NCBI GenBank assembly: GCA_964220215.1
Contig: CAXPTH010000006.1
Coordinates: 1 to 64,000, forward strand
Length of the DNA stretch: 64,000 nucleotides
Origin: Alteromonas sp.
GTDB taxonomy: Bacteria > Margulisbacteria > Marinamargulisbacteria > UBA6595
Reading direction: 5' to 3'
In this document: one piece after another, positions 60,410 to 64,000 of the stretch
Layout of the letters: each line of letters starts with the position of its first letter
Position numbering within the stretch: the first letter of the stretch is position 1
The notes under the pieces: generated by a model
Told to the model about the DNA's origin: nothing
The model's database searches: none
What the model saw: the letters and a program-made list of their open reading frames with translations, nothing else
Program-made: the position numbers and the translations under genes

Positions 60410-61018
60410 ATGAGTGATGGCGAAATTCAGTTGCAAGAACTACGCAAATTTCGTTTAGCAGCTAATTTTGTTAGCATTTGCAATAATCTTCCGCAAAATT
60501 TAAAAAATGACTTTGAATTTATGAAACAAGCGGCATGTATTAAACTAAGTGTTTTGAATTACGTGGGTTCTGATTTACAACGCAATTCTAAGTTTTGGGA
60601 TAGTGTGTGTTCACTTTATTCTAAAAATATTCAAAATGTACTTGAAATCCGAGACATTCAATACGGTTTTTTAATTGACGAGAGTTCTAATAGAAGGGAT
60701 GTTCTATTTGTTGTGAGTCAATATGGTCGGGCATTACAATATGCTTCACCTGAATTAAGAGGTACTCGTGAAGTTGTAGTGACAGCGATTCAGAAAAATG
60801 CTCAGGCGTTACAGTATGCTTCAGCTGAATTAAGAGATGACATGGATATTGTACGTTCGGCAGTGGAAAGCGATGGGCGGGCATTACAATATGCTTCCAA
60901 GCCATGCCAAAACACGCTTCGGGAGGACATGCAAAAATTATTTCTTGACTCATCGAAGCAGGGGCCTGTTAATTGGGAGATTGTTAGGGAGATTGTTAGT
61001 TGGGAGCTTGTTGATTGA
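60410..61018 (+). CDS. DUF4116-type repeat protein (short, possibly a fragment)
   Basis: VSQYGRALQYASPELR, IQKNAQALQYASAELRDD, VESDGRALQYAS; frame open upstream to 60212. Confidence 0.75.
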   Translation: MSDGEIQLQELRKFRLAANFVSICNNLPQNLKNDFEFMKQAACIKLSVLNYVGSDLQRNSKFWDSVCSLYSKNIQNVLEIRDIQYGFLIDESSNRRDVLFVVSQYGRALQYASPELRGTREVVVTAIQKNAQALQYASAELRDDMDIVRSAVESDGRALQYASKPCQNTLREDMQKLFLDSSKQGPVNWEIVREIVSWELVD

Positions 61019-61070
61019 GCGAGTATCGAATAACCAGAAGTAGCAATTTTAGCACTAGAAAAACGAGTGG

Positions 61071-62303
61071 CTATAAACGATCAACAACTTGGGCCATAGA
61101 CTCCGCTTTTTTGAGTAATTCTTCATATTCAGACTGAGGTGTGGAGTCCGCCACAATGCCCCCGCCGCTGTGAAAATACAGTCGGCTTTGAGTGCCGTAT
61201 AGTGTGCGAATGGCAATATTGAAATCGGCCAATTGTTGATCAAATCGAATTAACCCAATCGAGCCCGTGTACAACCCTCGGGGTGCTGTTTCCAATTCGT
61301 CAATCAGTGCCATAGCCGCCTGTTTCGGTGCTCCGGTAATGGAACCGCCCGGGGATAGTGTTTTTAAAATATCCGCAATGGGGGCGGATGTCGCTCCACG
61401 AATAACCGATTCGGTATGAAAAACATTTGAAAATGCATGCACGGTGCGCAGCGCATCAACCGTTACGGAGCCCGTCTGACACACCATCGCCAGATCATTG
61501 CGTAACAAGTCCGTAATCATCAGCAACTCCGCTTTATTCTTTTCAGACGCCAGCAAGGCCGCCTTAGCCGCACGGTCTTGCGCAGGGGTATGGCCTCGGG
61601 GCGCCGTTCCTTTAATCGGTTGTGTCACAATTTGACCGCCAGATTGTTTGAAAAACCGTTCCGGGGAGGCACTGCAGATGACCCAGGGGTCCATATGAAT
61701 ATAGCAGCCAAACGGCGCAGGACTTTGGGCCCGTAGTTTGGCATAAAGTGCCGCTGGGTTCCCCGCATAATCCATATGAAACCGATGGCTTAAATTAACC
61801 TGATACACATTCCCACGTTGAATATGGTCAATAATTGTGGCAAACGCATCTTGATACTGTTCATACTGCCAATCGCTATGAATGGGGCTGGTTTTGAAAG
61901 ATGATGCATAGGGGACAAACAAGGATTCAATCGACGTGATTTTCGGGCACCCGGGTGCTGGGGTATGGATCCAATATTTTTTGTTGTTTGTGTGATCAAT
62001 CACAACCGTTTTGTTGTAAACACCAAACATACTTGCCGGAAATTCGACCGAATTGCTTTGGGTATAGTTGTAACTCAAAAACCCAACAAAGCCGCCCGTA
62101 AAGTAGGGTGGTGGGTCGCCCTGGGGAATAAAGGCGGTATATTGGCCTAAACGGTCCATTAAATTGCCATGATGGCAGGTATCAATAGGGTCAAACCCCA
62201 TGTAGCTGTAATCGCCCGGTTGACTGTCCAGCCAATAAAACCCATGGCGACCCGACAGGCCTTCAAACAGGGTCTGCGTGGCAATATGGGAAATATCAAC
62301 CAT
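61071..62303 (-). CDS. pabB: Aminodeoxychorismate synthase component I (PabB/TrpE family)
   Basis: YQVNLS, SASPERF, PIKGT, KNKAELLMITDLLRNDL, PGGSITGAPK, NIAIRT, GGGIVADS. Confidence 0.88.
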   Translation of the reverse strand: MVDISHIATQTLFEGLSGRHGFYWLDSQPGDYSYMGFDPIDTCHHGNLMDRLGQYTAFIPQGDPPPYFTGGFVGFLSYNYTQSNSVEFPASMFGVYNKTVVIDHTNNKKYWIHTPAPGCPKITSIESLFVPYASSFKTSPIHSDWQYEQYQDAFATIIDHIQRGNVYQVNLSHRFHMDYAGNPAALYAKLRAQSPAPFGCYIHMDPWVICSASPERFFKQSGGQIVTQPIKGTAPRGHTPAQDRAAKAALLASEKNKAELLMITDLLRNDLAMVCQTGSVTVDALRTVHAFSNVFHTESVIRGATSAPIADILKTLSPGGSITGAPKQAAMALIDELETAPRGLYTGSIGLIRFDQQLADFNIAIRTLYGTQSRLYFHSGGGIVADSTPQSEYEELLKKAESMAQVVDRL

Positions 62304-62307
62304 GGGG

Positions 62308-64000
62308 CTAGCTATCGATTTTAAGAACGGCCATAAACGCTTCTTTGGGCACAGAAATGGACCCGATGCTCTTCATTTTCTTTTTACCTTCTTTTTGCCG
62401 TTCAATGAGTTTTCGCTTTCGACTGATGTCGCCGCCGTAGCATTTTTCGGTAACATTTTTTCGCATGGCGCTAATGCTTTCTCGGCATATGACCTTGCCT
62501 CCAATGGCCGCTTGAATGGCAACTTCATATAGTTGTCTAGGGATAAGTTCTTTCAGTTTTTTGGTTAGTTTTAAGCTGATTCCCCGAGCTTTGTCTCGGT
62601 GGCAGATGAACGATAGGGCATCCACGGGGTCTTTGTTAATCAACACGTCCACTTTTACTAGCTTAGCGGGCTGATAGTCCTCAAACCAATAGTCCATCGA
62701 GGCATAGCCCCGGGTTCTGGATTTGAGTTGGTCAAAAAACGAAGTGATTAATTCATTGAGTGGAATTGAAAACGTGAGCAGTTGACGTTCGGCATCCAAA
62801 TATTCGGCTTTTTTGTAATGAGCGCGATGCTCTTGGCACAACGTCATGACAGCACCCAGATACGTGTTGGGGACCATAATGGTGAGGCCCATAAATGGTT
62901 CTTCGGTAATGGCTATTTTTTGTGGGTCGGGGTAATCAGACGGGTTTTCAAATGTGTAGGATTCGCCGCTATTTAAGGTGAGCCGATAGGTGACATTGGG
63001 GGCTGTGCTCACAATATCGATATTAAATTCTCGGGATAAGCGTTCGGAAATAATATCCATATGCAACAAGCCCAGGAATCCGCACCGATACCCATGCCCC
63101 AAGGCCTGAGAGGACTCGGGCTCAAACTGCAAGGCAGAGTCGTTGAGCTTTAATTTGTCCAGCGCATCTTTTAATAGGGGGTAATCGGCGGTATCTACAG
63201 GGTAAAACCCGCAAAATACCATGGGCTTGGCTTTGGCGTATCCTTTGAGTGGCGTTACGTCTTTTTGGGTTTTTACATGCGTAATCGTGTCGCCAATTTG
63301 TGCATCGCTGATTGTTTTAATATTGGCAATTAAATAGCCAACCTCTCCGGTATTCAGTTGATCTCGCTTGACCATTTTTGGCTGAAAGGCACCAATTTCC
63401 AAGGCGTCATAGGTGGTTTGTGTGGCCATGCAAATAATTTTGTCACCGGGCGTTAGGGTGCCATCAATGATTCGAACATACGTGATGACGCCACGATAGG
63501 CATCGTAATGGGCATCATAAATTAAGGCGCGTAATGCATCGGATTGGCTGGGTTTTGGCGGTGATATTCGGTTGGCAATGGCGGAAAGAATGGCGTCAAC
63601 GCCCTCGCCGGTTTTGGCGGAGCAGGGCAGGCAATCAGCGGCGTCAATGCCCAAGACTTGTTCAATATCTTGGGCCACTTTTTCAACATTGGCGGAGGGT
63701 AAATCAATTTTATTAATCACGGGAATAATGTCTAAATCATGGTCTAGAGCTAGGTAGAAGTTGGCCAATGTTTGGGCTTCAATGCCTTGGGTGGCATCCA
63801 CCAGCAGCAGAGCCCCTTCACACGCTGCAAGGGATCGGGAAACTTCATAGCTGAAATCGACGTGGCCGGGGGTGTCAATTAAATTCATGGTAATGGGGGT
63901 GTCGGTTGGTTTTGGCTGGTAGGTCATGCGAATGGCCTGCATTTTGATGGTGATGCCCCGTTCGCGTTCCAAGTCCATAGAATCGAGTAGCTGCCCTTTC
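62308..64000 (-). CDS. lepA: Elongation factor 4 (LepA), 5' end outside the window
   Basis: LDSMDLERERGITIK, DTPGHVDF, NKID, GFLGLLH, CYGGDISRKRKL..QKEGKK. Confidence 0.98.
   Translation of the reverse strand, partial: KGQLLDSMDLERERGITIKMQAIRMTYQPKPTDTPITMNLIDTPGHVDFSYEVSRSLAACEGALLLVDATQGIEAQTLANFYLALDHDLDIIPVINKIDLPSANVEKVAQDIEQVLGIDAADCLPCSAKTGEGVDAILSAIANRISPPKPSQSDALRALIYDAHYDAYRGVITYVRIIDGTLTPGDKIICMATQTTYDALEIGAFQPKMVKRDQLNTGEVGYLIANIKTISDAQIGDTITHVKTQKDVTPLKGYAKAKPMVFCGFYPVDTADYPLLKDALDKLKLNDSALQFEPESSQALGHGYRCGFLGLLHMDIISERLSREFNIDIVSTAPNVTYRLTLNSGESYTFENPSDYPDPQKIAITEEPFMGLTIMVPNTYLGAVMTLCQEHRAHYKKAEYLDAERQLLTFSIPLNELITSFFDQLKSRTRGYASMDYWFEDYQPAKLVKVDVLINKDPVDALSFICHRDKARGISLKLTKKLKELIPRQLYEVAIQAAIGGKVICRESISAMRKNVTEKCYGGDISRKRKLIERQKEGKKKMKSIGSISVPKEAFMAVLKIDS

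Noticed and set aside
58763..61018. DGR template/variable repeat or CRISPR in the repeat gene
   Set aside because: Repeats are in-frame coding units, differences are not adenine-specific, and there is no reverse transcriptase in the window

Overview
This is a gene-dense bacterial chromosomal segment of mostly housekeeping genes in scrambled mini-operons. They include MEP isoprenoid genes (ispG/ispD/ispH), menD-menG, glyQS, hisB, ruvB, pnp-rpsO, panD-cdaA-panB-cysS, tat, an ftsI-like PBP, lysS, secDF, topB, murA-csaB-tagA, pabB and a partial lepA, plus three tRNAs (Ile-GAT, Ala-TGC, fMet-CAT). Lipid A synthesis together with CsaB/TagA and c-di-AMP suggests a diderm Terrabacteria lineage, possibly Margulisbacteria-like (inference only). 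Highlights: (1) a eukaryote-type ubiquitin-like domain fused to about 15 DUF4116-type 25-aa repeats with two hypervariable positions per repeat; (2) a candidate furan fatty acid (UfaD/UfaM/UfaO/FufM-like) pathway compressed into two fusion genes; (3) at least 12 genes with a TAnnnT -10 box 6-8 nt before the ATG and no SD, suggesting pervasive leaderless transcription; (4) a pseudo-FabZ::LpxA fusion; (5) MenD split into two apparently coupled ORFs; (6) a PgsA::PssA-like fusion that needs a non-canonical ATH start; (7) a stand-alone LOV photoreceptor, an iota-carbonic anhydrase candidate, a REP/MITE-like inverted repeat and several AT-rich orphan genes. No CRISPR array, rRNA, transposase or prophage was seen. 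All calls come from motif recognition by eye; no searches were run.
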